Below are positions 1-9,011 of a stretch of 64,000 nucleotides of DNA, one piece after another; position 1 is the stretch's first letter; the number at the start of each line of letters is the position of its first letter. The position numbers and the translations under genes were made by a program. Source of the stretch: a virus (Duplodnaviria; Caudoviricetes). A model generated the notes under the pieces. The model saw nothing but the letters and a program-made list of their open reading frames with translations. It searched no databases and was not told the origin of the DNA. Location of the stretch: the IMG/VR virus record IMGVR_UViG_3300006133_000325; one strand, given 5' to 3'.

Positions 1-431
1 ATTTCTTCATATTCATCACCTCTTTCTTTTAAACGGATACGTATAACATCATTTGATGACTTTATCTGACAAATGAATATTTTTTTTGCTACTAATTCTT
101 TCTCTTTTAAATACAATGCTTTGATTTGTTTTATTCCTTCTGGATTTGAGACCAGGACACGATTTACTTGATTAAATAATTCATTTATAGGAGTACCATA
201 ATACCATATCATTCCATTTTTAATAGAATGGCATGTTGTTTCTGCAAAGAACCCTTTTTTTTGCAGCGCAATGAATTTTTCCTGTGTTACAAAGTGATAA
301 TCTATTCCATTTATTTCTCCTTTTCTTGCAGGTCTTGTAGTATATGTAATCACTCTTTCCAGTCCAAGTTTTTGGAGGGCTTTGGCAACAGTTGTCTTGC
401 CTGTTGCCGTTTTTCCGCATAAAATTAACAT
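1..431 (-). CDS. gmk: Guanylate kinase (partial, runs off window start; absent from ORF track)
   Basis: Manual translation from ATG 431: MLILCGKTATGKTT...VITYTTRPARKGEINGIDYHFV...WYYGT; P-loop and TTR..R.GE..G.DY.F signature; start overlaps thyX stop. Confidence 0.9.
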   Translation of the reverse strand, partial: MLILCGKTATGKTTVAKALQKLGLERVITYTTRPARKGEINGIDYHFVTQEKFIALQKKGFFAETTCHSIKNGMIWYYGTPINELFNQVNRVLVSNPEGIKQIKALYLKEKELVAKKIFICQIKSSNDVIRIRLKERGDEYEE

Positions 432-1108
432 AATTGCTCCTTTTTAGGTTTTCTCCCACAGGATTTCTTTTCCGGGCAAAATCCAAACCATTCACACTTT
501 GGCATAAAACAGTGTTCTACTAAATAAAGCCATTCAGGGGAATAATTTTTCAGAGCTTCACCTACATCATAAAATAATTTTCTATATTCCCAATACGCCC
601 TTGAACACATACGTTGCTTAGACATATCTGCTAAATTTCTAAAATTATGCTTGCAAGCAATTCTTGTTGTCATGCCAAGAGGAAGTGCCAAAGCAAAGTC
701 TTCTCTTGGAATATTTAATGCTTCCAGTTCTTTTAATGACTGGTTGATACTTTGCATCAAGTTTTTATAGATCTGTGCTGCAGCCTCGTTCTGACGAACA
801 GAGTGCGGAATAATATAATCAAATCCCTTTTGATAGTTGATATATCTTGTCGAAGCCTGTAATCTTGTAGGAGAGCCGCCAATATGGGTATACCATTCCC
901 GAATCACGCGGGCAGAATACCCATCTAATATCATGTATACATCTGGAAATTCCCATGTTCTGCCATGGTTTGTTTCAATACAATCTAGCCCTCTTTTATA
1001 ATTTCTTTCTTCACTATTTGTATCTGCCCCATAACATTCTCCGGCTTCCCTACCGATCAATGTGATAGGCTTTTTTGTTGTTTCTTCTTGGATGATTACT
1101 TTTCCCAT
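425..1108 (-). CDS. thyX: FAD-dependent thymidylate synthase ThyX
   Basis: H..T.EF, SARVIREWYTH...QASTRY, NFRNL, RMCSRAYWEYR and C-terminal C..FGFCPE..SCG motifs. Confidence 0.85.
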   Translation of the reverse strand: MGKVIIQEETTKKPITLIGREAGECYGADTNSEERNYKRGLDCIETNHGRTWEFPDVYMILDGYSARVIREWYTHIGGSPTRLQASTRYINYQKGFDYIIPHSVRQNEAAAQIYKNLMQSINQSLKELEALNIPREDFALALPLGMTTRIACKHNFRNLADMSKQRMCSRAYWEYRKLFYDVGEALKNYSPEWLYLVEHCFMPKCEWFGFCPEKKSCGRKPKKEQLC

Positions 1109-1119
1109 ATTATGTTCCT

Positions 1120-1854
1120 TTACTTATAAAAATTATGCCCGACACCATCTTTAAATAAAAATTTTGCTCCATTGAATGTCTTTGTGGTCTGATTACTATG
1201 AAAATACAAAGCGCCTTCTGTTGTATCTCCAAATATGGACACATATTCTAATGCTAAAATGCTATCTTCTTCAATAGATTTTCTACCATATGCAAATTGA
1301 TTTGGAGATGTAATGATATCCGTTATTGTTTCTCCAAATCTTCCATCTTCCAACCGGTTTAAAATAACAGAAGCGATATTACATTTGCTATCAAAGTCTG
1401 CCCCAAAACATTCCGTTTCGATACATCGTTGCATTAGATAGACTTCCCCTTCTGTAAACTTGTCGTAAACCGTTTCTGGTGGATCTAGATGTTCTTCATA
1501 TTCTTGATATAGTTCTTTATACGCAAGAAAACGTTCTTTGTTATTTTCGATAGATTTAATCTTTTCCAATCTAGCCTTTAATCGCTTTTTTATTAACTTT
1601 TTTGTATCTTTACTTTTTGCTTTATGCTCTGTTTCTGCTATCTTTGTCTGTTTTTCGGACTTAATATTTTTCACTTTACCGGACTGTTTTGACTCAATTT
1701 CATGAGCCAAAACAATTTCAGTATTTTTCTGTTTCATATCGTTTTTGGCTCTATTATGTTCTTTTCCTATCATTATGTAAAAAGAACCTATAAACAACAA
1801 AACCATTATTAAGATATTCCTCATTTTATAAACTCCCTTAATCACAAGATTCAA
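1120..1854 (-). CDS. Cell wall hydrolase, SleB/Hydrolase_2 family, N-terminal membrane anchor
   Basis: IETE, VILNR, NQF, GALYF, GHNFYK motifs; hydrophobic N-terminus. Confidence 0.8.
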   Translation of the reverse strand: MNLVIKGVYKMRNILIMVLLFIGSFYIMIGKEHNRAKNDMKQKNTEIVLAHEIESKQSGKVKNIKSEKQTKIAETEHKAKSKDTKKLIKKRLKARLEKIKSIENNKERFLAYKELYQEYEEHLDPPETVYDKFTEGEVYLMQRCIETECFGADFDSKCNIASVILNRLEDGRFGETITDIITSPNQFAYGRKSIEEDSILALEYVSIFGDTTEGALYFHSNQTTKTFNGAKFLFKDGVGHNFYK

Positions 1855-2044
1855 ACCGTTCCCAAGTCACCATATATTCGCCATTAACTACCCTAAAATT
1901 TGGTTTATAAAAACCATATGCGTTTGGCGGAAATAAAGAATTATTCGCGATGTTTCTTACATAATCATTAGTCTCTTCTTTTGTTGCGCGTAATAGCATC
2001 ATATAATCCTCTTTTGAAATAATCCTACTTTCTTCTATATACAT
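1838..2044 (-). CDS. Hypothetical phage protein
   Basis: ORF with RBS in co-directional operon. Confidence 0.6.
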   Translation of the reverse strand: MYIEESRIISKEDYMMLLRATKEETNDYVRNIANNSLFPPNAYGFYKPNFRVVNGEYMVTWERFESCD

Positions 2045-2055
2045 ACTTCTCTCCT

Positions 2056-2295
2056 TTATTGAAATTCAGCCATCAAATTGCCAAACCTTTTAATTTCCTC
2101 TACATCGTCAGAATGAAACTCTACAATCACTGGGATAGATAAATCTAAACTAAAAAGACCCATAATAGATTTTGCATTTACAACATATTTACCTCTCACC
2201 AAATCTACATCGCCCTCCAGTTTCATCATTTCTGATACGAATTTCTGTGCCTTTCCTACCTCATTTAGATTGACTACTATACTTGTCTTCTTCAT
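2056..2295 (-). CDS. HPr-family phosphocarrier-like protein lacking His15
   Basis: VNAKSIMGL Ser46 motif; 79 aa; no N-terminal GLHARP. Confidence 0.8.
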   Translation of the reverse strand: MKKTSIVVNLNEVGKAQKFVSEMMKLEGDVDLVRGKYVVNAKSIMGLFSLDLSIPVIVEFHSDDVEEIKRFGNLMAEFQ

Positions 2296-2369
2296 ATTTC
2301 TTACTCCTTTTCTATTTTTGTTTTTATTTTAACTATCAGACATACATCCAATAGTGTTTCACATTGTTC

Positions 2370-2543
2370 TTATTGTTTTCTACATTTCAATACGCAATAG
2401 GTTTGTGTTCCATTTGGATATTTTTTACGCTTAATAGCTTCAATTATCATTTCATTTCCATTTTCATCTTCCACCACGACAAATGTTTCATCCAAAAACA
2501 AACGTTTTATCTCGCGTATCAAATGATGTGTATTTACTATCAC
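2370..2543 (-). CDS. Small hypothetical protein (57 aa, not in ORF track)
   Basis: GGAGG RBS then GTG: MIVNTHHLIREIKRLFLDETFVVVEDENG...CRKQ. Confidence 0.55.
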   Translation of the reverse strand: MIVNTHHLIREIKRLFLDETFVVVEDENGNEMIIEAIKRKKYPNGTQTYCVLKCRKQ

Positions 2544-2622
2544 TTGCTATTTCACTACCTCCAAATTATATTGTTGTTTTTTTCACTGGGATTTTTCAGA
2601 TTTCTACATTTACTTAGAAGGA

Positions 2623-3447
2623 TCAAGATATCATATTAGTAAAATCAACTACACTTATGATCGGAATATTTAGTTCTCTTGCTTTCTTATTTTTTCTACT
2701 GTTGTTCCATCAATTTCTACAAGCTCAAAATTTGCTACTGGAGTAATCTCACCTGTTTTTCCTATAGATCATTCACTATCTTTTAAAACAGTTGTTTCTT
2801 CTTCATAAAACTTAAATGCTATACTATGTTTCGGGTGGTGTTCTGTCACACCTAATAATTTCCCATAACGAATATCATTATAAGTCATTACTAATCCATC
2901 AATTGGATATTGTTTTTTCTTTGCATATTCTTTCAGTGTTTCTATGCTTTCTTCTATATCAGAAGAATTATCTACTCTAAGAAACGGAACAATGTTAAAC
3001 CCTATTGATAACGGAATATTCTCAAAAACTTTGGCGTTATGTGTTACAACTTCTCCAATCTCTCCATTTCCTCTCATTTCTGCTAATACCAGTTTTCCTC
3101 CTTCATACACCATTAGAATTGCTAGTCCATCCATTTTACACATAAGTAATCCCTCTTTGTTTTTTATGAATTCCTTTAATTTTGAAGAGGATTTCGTTTT
3201 ATTTAAAGAAAGCATAGGATAACTATGTGTTACTTTCTCTAATTTTGACTTTACTTCGTACCCTACTGTATGTGTAGGAGAATCCGACATGATAATATTG
3301 GTTTCTTCCTCTAACTGTTTTAATTCATCAAATAAATTATCGTACTCATAATCTGATACTTTCGATACTTACTTGTTATAATAAGAATCCCTATATTCAT
3401 TTAATTTTTTGTTAATTCTATAATTTTTTTACATTTTCCAATCGCAT
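2623..3447 (-). pseudogene. ligA: NAD-dependent DNA ligase pseudogene
   Basis: SYYNK*VSKVSDYEYDNL, SPT..VG, HSYPMLSL, KMDGLA, RGNGEIGE, IDGLV, IAFKF, E*SIGKTGEITPVA, then out-of-frame BRCT tail KARELNIPII; stops, frameshift and large deletions. Confidence 0.9.
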
Positions 3448-3453
3448 TCCCCC

Positions 3454-3726
3454 TTATAGTCTCATTACAAATTCTTTAAATTCCTCTAATTCGCTTGGCT
3501 CAATTAAAATATCAAAATAACAATATTCTTTATTTCTCAACACACTCCAAAGACGTTTCCATTTTTCCTTTATCATAGTATGTATATTCTTTTGATTAGT
3601 ATAAAAATTATCACTTACTAGTTGTAAGGATACTCCCCAATCCTTGTCATCATCAGCCTTTATAATTATTCCATTTCCACAACCGCATTTACAGAACATT
3701 GTTTTATATGATTTTTTTGTTTGCAT
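3454..3726 (-). CDS. Hypothetical phage protein
   Basis: ORF with RBS, CxCGC motif. Confidence 0.6.
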   Translation of the reverse strand: MQTKKSYKTMFCKCGCGNGIIIKADDDKDWGVSLQLVSDNFYTNQKNIHTMIKEKWKRLWSVLRNKEYCYFDILIEPSELEEFKEFVMRL

Positions 3727-3727
3727 T

Positions 3728-3949
3728 TTATCCTCTCTTACTTCTTAAAAATACTTTTTCTTGTTTTAATTTCCACTCACTTGGAATATCACTTACAATT
3801 CCACACTCATCACTATTTTTCCTTAATGGGCAACGTTCGCAAGTATCATATTCAGAACATACTTCTTGCAAAGCTTTTATCGCTTTAATGATTTTTTCTA
3901 CTTTCACAACCATTCCCTCCATTTTTATCTCAGTAGCTGCTAAGCTCAC
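3728..3949 (-). CDS. Hypothetical Cys-containing protein (start uncertain)
   Basis: C..C..CPL...C pattern in operon context. Confidence 0.5.
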   Translation of the reverse strand: MSLAATEIKMEGMVVKVEKIIKAIKALQEVCSEYDTCERCPLRKNSDECGIVSDIPSEWKLKQEKVFLRSKRG

Positions 3950-4065
3950 TTATTCAAAGTTATATAAAATACATGCAAGACATACTTTTGTATATGTCCT
4001 TCCTTCTACTAGAATATCACTTTTGCCATAACTAACATCTTTTATAACAACAAGAGACCTTATTT

Positions 4066-4277
4066 ATGATTAATTCAAATACATATAACTATATTGATGT
4101 TCTGAATAATTCTGCTAAGCCAAATCATATGATGTATAAGTCCTTTAAAACAATATTGCTAATGTCGATACTCCAAGTTATAAGCAGAAGGACGTCCAGT
4201 TTAAAGAGTATCTGATGGACACAATGACGAGAGATGCTTTATTGGAATATTATGTAAGCTTCATCTATTTTAACTAA
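4066..4277 (+). pseudogene. flgB: Degenerate 5' fragment of flagellar basal-body rod gene flgB
   Basis: MINSNTYNYIDVLNNSA then, in a shifted frame, NNIANVDTPSYKQKDVQFKEYL (rod protein N-terminal signature NIAN.DTPGYK). Confidence 0.75.
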
Positions 4278-4676
4278 AATAAATCATTACTATAAAATTG
4301 ATTTTATTCATTTTATCTATATTTACAAGTGGACATGTTGCTATTTTGACAGAATATTTATAATTTATTTTCTCATATTTTTTATTTTAAAAATATTCTT
4401 GCCCTTACACTCTCTTAAAAAAAATACAATATAGTTTCTTATATTTCCCTTTTATTATTTTATTTTTCCAAAAAAACAGCAAAGAATTATTATTTATTTT
4501 TTTCAAAAATGAGTTGCATTTTTCAGGAAATATATGATAATTATATTAAGGAAATAGTTATGCCATATCAAAATCTCTATATGCTATATAGCTAATATCT
4601 ATTATTTAATTTTGCAAAATTATAAAAATATTTTGACAGTTACTTTATAAATATAGCTCATAACAAGTATAAGGAG

Positions 4677-5504
4677 TTGATATCTATGAATAAAAAGCTA
4701 CAAGTCTTTATTTCGTCCACATTTACAGATCTTATTGAAGAACGACAGGCTGCTGTTGAAACAGTTCTTGATGCAGGTCATATCCCTGCTGGTATGGAAC
4801 TTTTTAAAGCTGGTAAGTCACAGATAAAAACTATTCACAAGTGGATAGATGAATCTGATGTATATATACTTATTCTCGGTGGTCGCTATGGATCTATCGA
4901 AAAGGAATCTGGTTTAAGTTATACGGAGCTTGAATATAAATACGCGCTTTCAAAAAACATGCCTGTTTTTGCTATTATTCTAGAAGATAACTTCTTATTT
5001 ACAAAAGCTGCTTCTAAAGTGGAAGATGTTATTTTTGAAAAAGACAATATTGCTAAATATGAAAAATTTAAGGAATTTGTCAAAACAAATGTAGTTCGTT
5101 TTGTCGATAACAGTGATAAAATAGCTTCTGTTATACATTCCCATTTAAATCATATATTAACAGATAGTGATTATCATCTTAATGGTTGGATAAGAAACAC
5201 TACTAAACAAAATGAAAAAATAGATTTTAAAACATTGTCAACTGTTTTTAGTAAAATTACTATTTTGGAACAAAACGATATTAAGAAAAATGCAAATGTT
5301 TTCTTTTTAGATAATATCCCTTATTTTAATATCGGTGTTAGTGAATCATTTCAAGCATATACTTATTTTCACTATTCAAAAATATATTTATTATATGGGC
5401 TTTTAGAAAAAGTTAAAAATGAAAATAATAAAGATATGTTGCAACTTTCAAAATTAGGCTCAGAATATTGTGCTTATTTAGTTACTAATGTTCTTTTCAC
5501 ATAA
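4677..5504 (+). CDS. DUF4062 domain protein (TIR/NDT-like fold)
   Basis: VFISSTFTDLIEERQA, PAGMELF, ILGGRYGS, SYTELEYKYA. Confidence 0.85.
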   Translation: MISMNKKLQVFISSTFTDLIEERQAAVETVLDAGHIPAGMELFKAGKSQIKTIHKWIDESDVYILILGGRYGSIEKESGLSYTELEYKYALSKNMPVFAIILEDNFLFTKAASKVEDVIFEKDNIAKYEKFKEFVKTNVVRFVDNSDKIASVIHSHLNHILTDSDYHLNGWIRNTTKQNEKIDFKTLSTVFSKITILEQNDIKKNANVFFLDNIPYFNIGVSESFQAYTYFHYSKIYLLYGLLEKVKNENNKDMLQLSKLGSEYCAYLVTNVLFT

Positions 5505-5518
5505 GTCCTCTTTTACCG

Positions 5519-5568
5519 CCACTACATACAATACCCCATTAAACATAATATTGTATGTAGTGGTATTT
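5519..5568. terminator. Hairpin between convergent DUF4062 and macrodomain genes
   Basis: 15-bp inverted repeat CCACTACATACAATA / TATTGTATGTAGTGG. Confidence 0.6.
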
Positions 5569-5588
5569 TATCACCCTCCTAAATCTTG

Positions 5589-6041
5589 TTATCCTTCCTT
5601 TAACTTACATACCAAAATTTCAATATCCATATTATCAAATATAGACATAATCTGCTTTCTTACATCCTCCCACTCTAGTTTGTCAAGTCCTGCCCCAATT
5701 GTTGGCATAGCAATTTTAGTAATGTGATTTTGAATACAAATTTTCTTCATTTTTACTAACGCTGCTTCCATATTTGCCTTTGTTGGTTTTTGAAAATATC
5801 TCTCTTTCGTAATAAGGTTTAGTACACGTCCTTCTAAAATACAGTCTCCATGATATCTTTTGCTATGCCATTCATTTACATAGTTTGGATATTTAGTTTG
5901 CATCTTATTTTTCATATCAAATCTTTTATTGAATTCTACTACTATCCCTCTACCCATACCAAAATCTGCACTAATACAATGAGCAAAATAATAACTATCT
6001 GAAACAGAAAATAAGTCTTTGACTTCTTCTTTATATATCAA
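5589..6041 (-). CDS. Macrodomain protein (TARG1/DarG-like ADP-ribose hydrolase)
   Basis: AHCISADFGMGRGI, NLITK, AMPTIGAGLDKLEW. Confidence 0.85.
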   Translation of the reverse strand: MIYKEEVKDLFSVSDSYYFAHCISADFGMGRGIVVEFNKRFDMKNKMQTKYPNYVNEWHSKRYHGDCILEGRVLNLITKERYFQKPTKANMEAALVKMKKICIQNHITKIAMPTIGAGLDKLEWEDVRKQIMSIFDNMDIEILVCKLKEG

Positions 6042-6113
6042 AAATCATCGCCACCAATCTCATATCTTATTTTAATTCCACCAAATATCGTATTGTACTC
6101 TGTTCCTTCTTTA

Positions 6114-6440
6114 TCAATCATATTCTACATTTAAACGATACGCCTGTGTAACATCTACAACATCATCCATACTGCAGCCGCTCTTTGCCATAAAATAAAT
6201 CAACTCTTCCCTAGTTGGTTCATGATCAAAAATCTCTTCCGCCACAAATTCAAGTCTATTCCCATCTCTCACACCTCGTCTCCTTAAATCCTTTTGGCAT
6301 GTAGCAATCCAAATATCTTCCAGACACACTCCATCTGACATCATTGTTACCCTATCAATGCAGGGAATATATGAATTCTCATAATCCAATTTACTATCAT
6401 CCACACAAAGAGTTTCCCCTGATTTTAATATAATTTTCAT
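6114..6440 (-). CDS. Hypothetical phage protein
   Basis: ORF with AGGAG RBS. Confidence 0.6.
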   Translation of the reverse strand: MKIILKSGETLCVDDSKLDYENSYIPCIDRVTMMSDGVCLEDIWIATCQKDLRRRGVRDGNRLEFVAEEIFDHEPTREELIYFMAKSGCSMDDVVDVTQAYRLNVEYD

Positions 6441-6471
6441 TATGGTAATCTCCTTTATATTTTTTCTTGAT

Positions 6472-7005
6472 TTATTTTATCAAATATCTTAAATAGTACT
6501 GGAACGTTGCCAATATAAATATCGGGCTTAATTCTTTTTGTGGCATAAAGACCATCTCTAATCCATATTTAGCATTAAAGCTATGTAGCGATCCTAAAAA
6601 ACTTTTAGAGTTATACTTTGTATTATAATTTCCCTCTATCAAGTCTTTGTAAGTAGCATTTTCTATCAAAAGATATTTTCTTTTCGCATAGCAACGGCTC
6701 CATTCATCATTAAAACGTTCTCTTGTTTGAGCAAGGCATCCTGATAGTTCTTCTAAAGAATTCTTTCTCTCTAGGATAATGTCATTATAGAAAAACTGTT
6801 TGAATGGTAAATCTAATTCTGGTATTGCTTCCAAGCAGAAGCTATAATCTCCCGCTGGAAGTCCCATTACTTCATACTGAATTTTGTGTTTATCCCAGTA
6901 TTCTAGTAAATGCAAATTTGCTTTTTCGCGACTATCGACTAAGATAATCATCTTTTTCAAAATCTTTTGAATCTCTGCGTCTGTATATTTTCTTCTATTT
7001 AACAT
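6472..7005 (-). CDS. ERCC4/XPF-family nuclease
   Basis: VDSREK, GDY, ERK...EL motifs. Confidence 0.85.
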   Translation of the reverse strand: MLNRRKYTDAEIQKILKKMIILVDSREKANLHLLEYWDKHKIQYEVMGLPAGDYSFCLEAIPELDLPFKQFFYNDIILERKNSLEELSGCLAQTRERFNDEWSRCYAKRKYLLIENATYKDLIEGNYNTKYNSKSFLGSLHSFNAKYGLEMVFMPQKELSPIFILATFQYYLRYLIK

Positions 7006-9011
7006 ATCTTATATTCACTCACCCACCACTCCTTTTCGTCCGTTTCTATAAATTTAGTTCCCACTTTCTTCATTTTCGGTTTTCTATATTGCTGCTCAAC
7101 CTTAATGATATCTCCACGTTTAATAGGATTTTGTGCAAATATTTTCTTGCTTATCTTAATTGGTATCGTATTCCCATTTGCCAGAGCATATAAAGTTACA
7201 CGCGGCGAATAGTCTACATTTAAATCTGTCGCCACACAATATCCAGCATACTTCTTATCTATGATATCTATATACCCAAGTACATCCAATCTTCTTTGTA
7301 CTATTTCTTTAAAAGAATCTTTTTTTGTTTCAATTTTTGAAACTATCTCTTTTAAAATAGCCTTGGAATCCATTTTCATAAACATTTTTACGGTTTCAGA
7401 TTTGCAATGTTTTCTAATAATATCAAAGTCTATTTTATTTTGAAACATAGATTCTTTCTTACACTGTTGGAGATACTTTTTATTTTTGTAAAATATCTTA
7501 AAATATTCTACGCTTTCTGTTAAAAATGACATGCTTCCAAAATCACTAAAGTAATTCATAGAAATAAGATCTCTTATTCTATTTTCTCCAATTCCATTAT
7601 TTATCAGCTCTTCTAATAGTTCGATAAAATCTTCATAATGTTTTAATCCAATCCTGTAAAGGGTGTCTGCCATATTTTGTGAAAATGACTTAATAGATGC
7701 CAAAGACGGGTTTATACATCTATGTTCCTTGTCGATTGAAAATTCTCTGTTATCTAAGCCAAATTTGTAATCTCCATTCTTTATCCCAAAAGCACGTTGC
7801 ATTTCCTGTTTATAAGCAGTTACTTTATCTTTTTCCCCCTTTTCTGATAAATGCTGCATCATTACAGCATAAAATTCATAAGGATAATTTGCTTTTAAAT
7901 ATGCACCATACACACTATCATAAGCATAGGAATAAGCATGAGAAGCATTAAACGCATATTTTGAAAAAGCTTCTACAATATCCCATGTTTTTTCAAATCC
8001 TTCTTCCTTCCCTGTGTGCGCTATCCATCCTGTCAACAGCTTTTCTTTAAGTTCTCTCAACTCTTTATCTTTAAATTTCTTTTTACTTATTTTTTTAATA
8101 ATAGCATAGGTTTCTGTTTGCTCTATCCCAAGCCAGCCTAAATATGTCATAACATTTTCTTGATACATAATATAATGAAAACTATCTTCTAATATATTAT
8201 CCAATTCTTGGATGCCAGTAGAATATGGTTTTCGGTCTAAAAAATTCTGTAATTGTGTTTTAAATCCTGGTCTAAGAGCTGCTACCAATGCCGTCAATTC
8301 CTGCATATTTTGAGGCTTATATTTTATGCAGCATTGCCGTCCAAAATCAGATTCACATTGATTTATTCCAAGCGTATAACCATTTTTATATACCTCCCAT
8401 GTCTTATTATCTTTTTCTACTATTTTTGTTATTTGCGGAACTGTATAGGTCGAGATTCCAATACGTTCAAAGATTTTATTTATCGTAAGCCAAATATCAA
8501 CTTTTAATAAATCATTTTTAACAAACTTATAGTTTTCAGCAACCATTCCGTCTATAACAGTTGTTATAACACTATTATTAACATCGCTTCCATCATCATT
8601 TCCAGACACGCAGCGAATAAGCCCTATTTCTCTTTTTATGTTTCCGCCATAAATCAAGTAACCGCATGGTGCTTGTGATTTCGCGTTGATAATACCCTGA
8701 TATTTTTTGCTTTCATCTAAATAGCCATGATACTTTTTATCAACGAAGCTATAAATATCTATAGCTTCTTTTTCTTCTTTTGAATCTGCCTGTTTTAACG
8801 CTTTTTCATATAGGTTAATTTGAGAGGTTACTTCATTTGCAATATCAAAATCTAGTCCTTGTGACTTTGCATATAACTTAAATGCAGATGATTTTTGCAA
8901 TGGTTTATAGGAAATCATCGGATAGGCATGTCCACCATCCCCATATATCTCTGTCATTATCTCATCTTGTGCTTCTGCAAACACTTCTGGATTACCTAAG
9001 TTTAGATCCAA
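6999..9011 (-). CDS. dnaE: DNA polymerase III alpha (DnaE-like), exon 2
   Basis: GINQCES, AALRPG, MYQE, YAFNASHAYSY, YLKANYP motifs. Confidence 0.92.
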   Translation of the reverse strand: MDLNLGNPEVFAEAQDEIMTEIYGDGGHAYPMISYKPLQKSSAFKLYAKSQGLDFDIANEVTSQINLYEKALKQADSKEEKEAIDIYSFVDKKYHGYLDESKKYQGIINAKSQAPCGYLIYGGNIKREIGLIRCVSGNDDGSDVNNSVITTVIDGMVAENYKFVKNDLLKVDIWLTINKIFERIGISTYTVPQITKIVEKDNKTWEVYKNGYTLGINQCESDFGRQCCIKYKPQNMQELTALVAALRPGFKTQLQNFLDRKPYSTGIQELDNILEDSFHYIMYQENVMTYLGWLGIEQTETYAIIKKISKKKFKDKELRELKEKLLTGWIAHTGKEEGFEKTWDIVEAFSKYAFNASHAYSYAYDSVYGAYLKANYPYEFYAVMMQHLSEKGEKDKVTAYKQEMQRAFGIKNGDYKFGLDNREFSIDKEHRCINPSLASIKSFSQNMADTLYRIGLKHYEDFIELLEELINNGIGENRIRDLISMNYFSDFGSMSFLTESVEYFKIFYKNKKYLQQCKKESMFQNKIDFDIIRKHCKSETVKMFMKMDSKAILKEIVSKIETKKDSFKEIVQRRLDVLGYIDIIDKKYAGYCVATDLNVDYSPRVTLYALANGNTIPIKISKKIFAQNPIKRGDIIKVEQQYRKPKMKKVGTKFIETDEKEWWVSEYKIC

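Noticed and set aside
220-495. Track ORFs 220-495 and 228-422
   Set aside because: Shadows of the gmk frame
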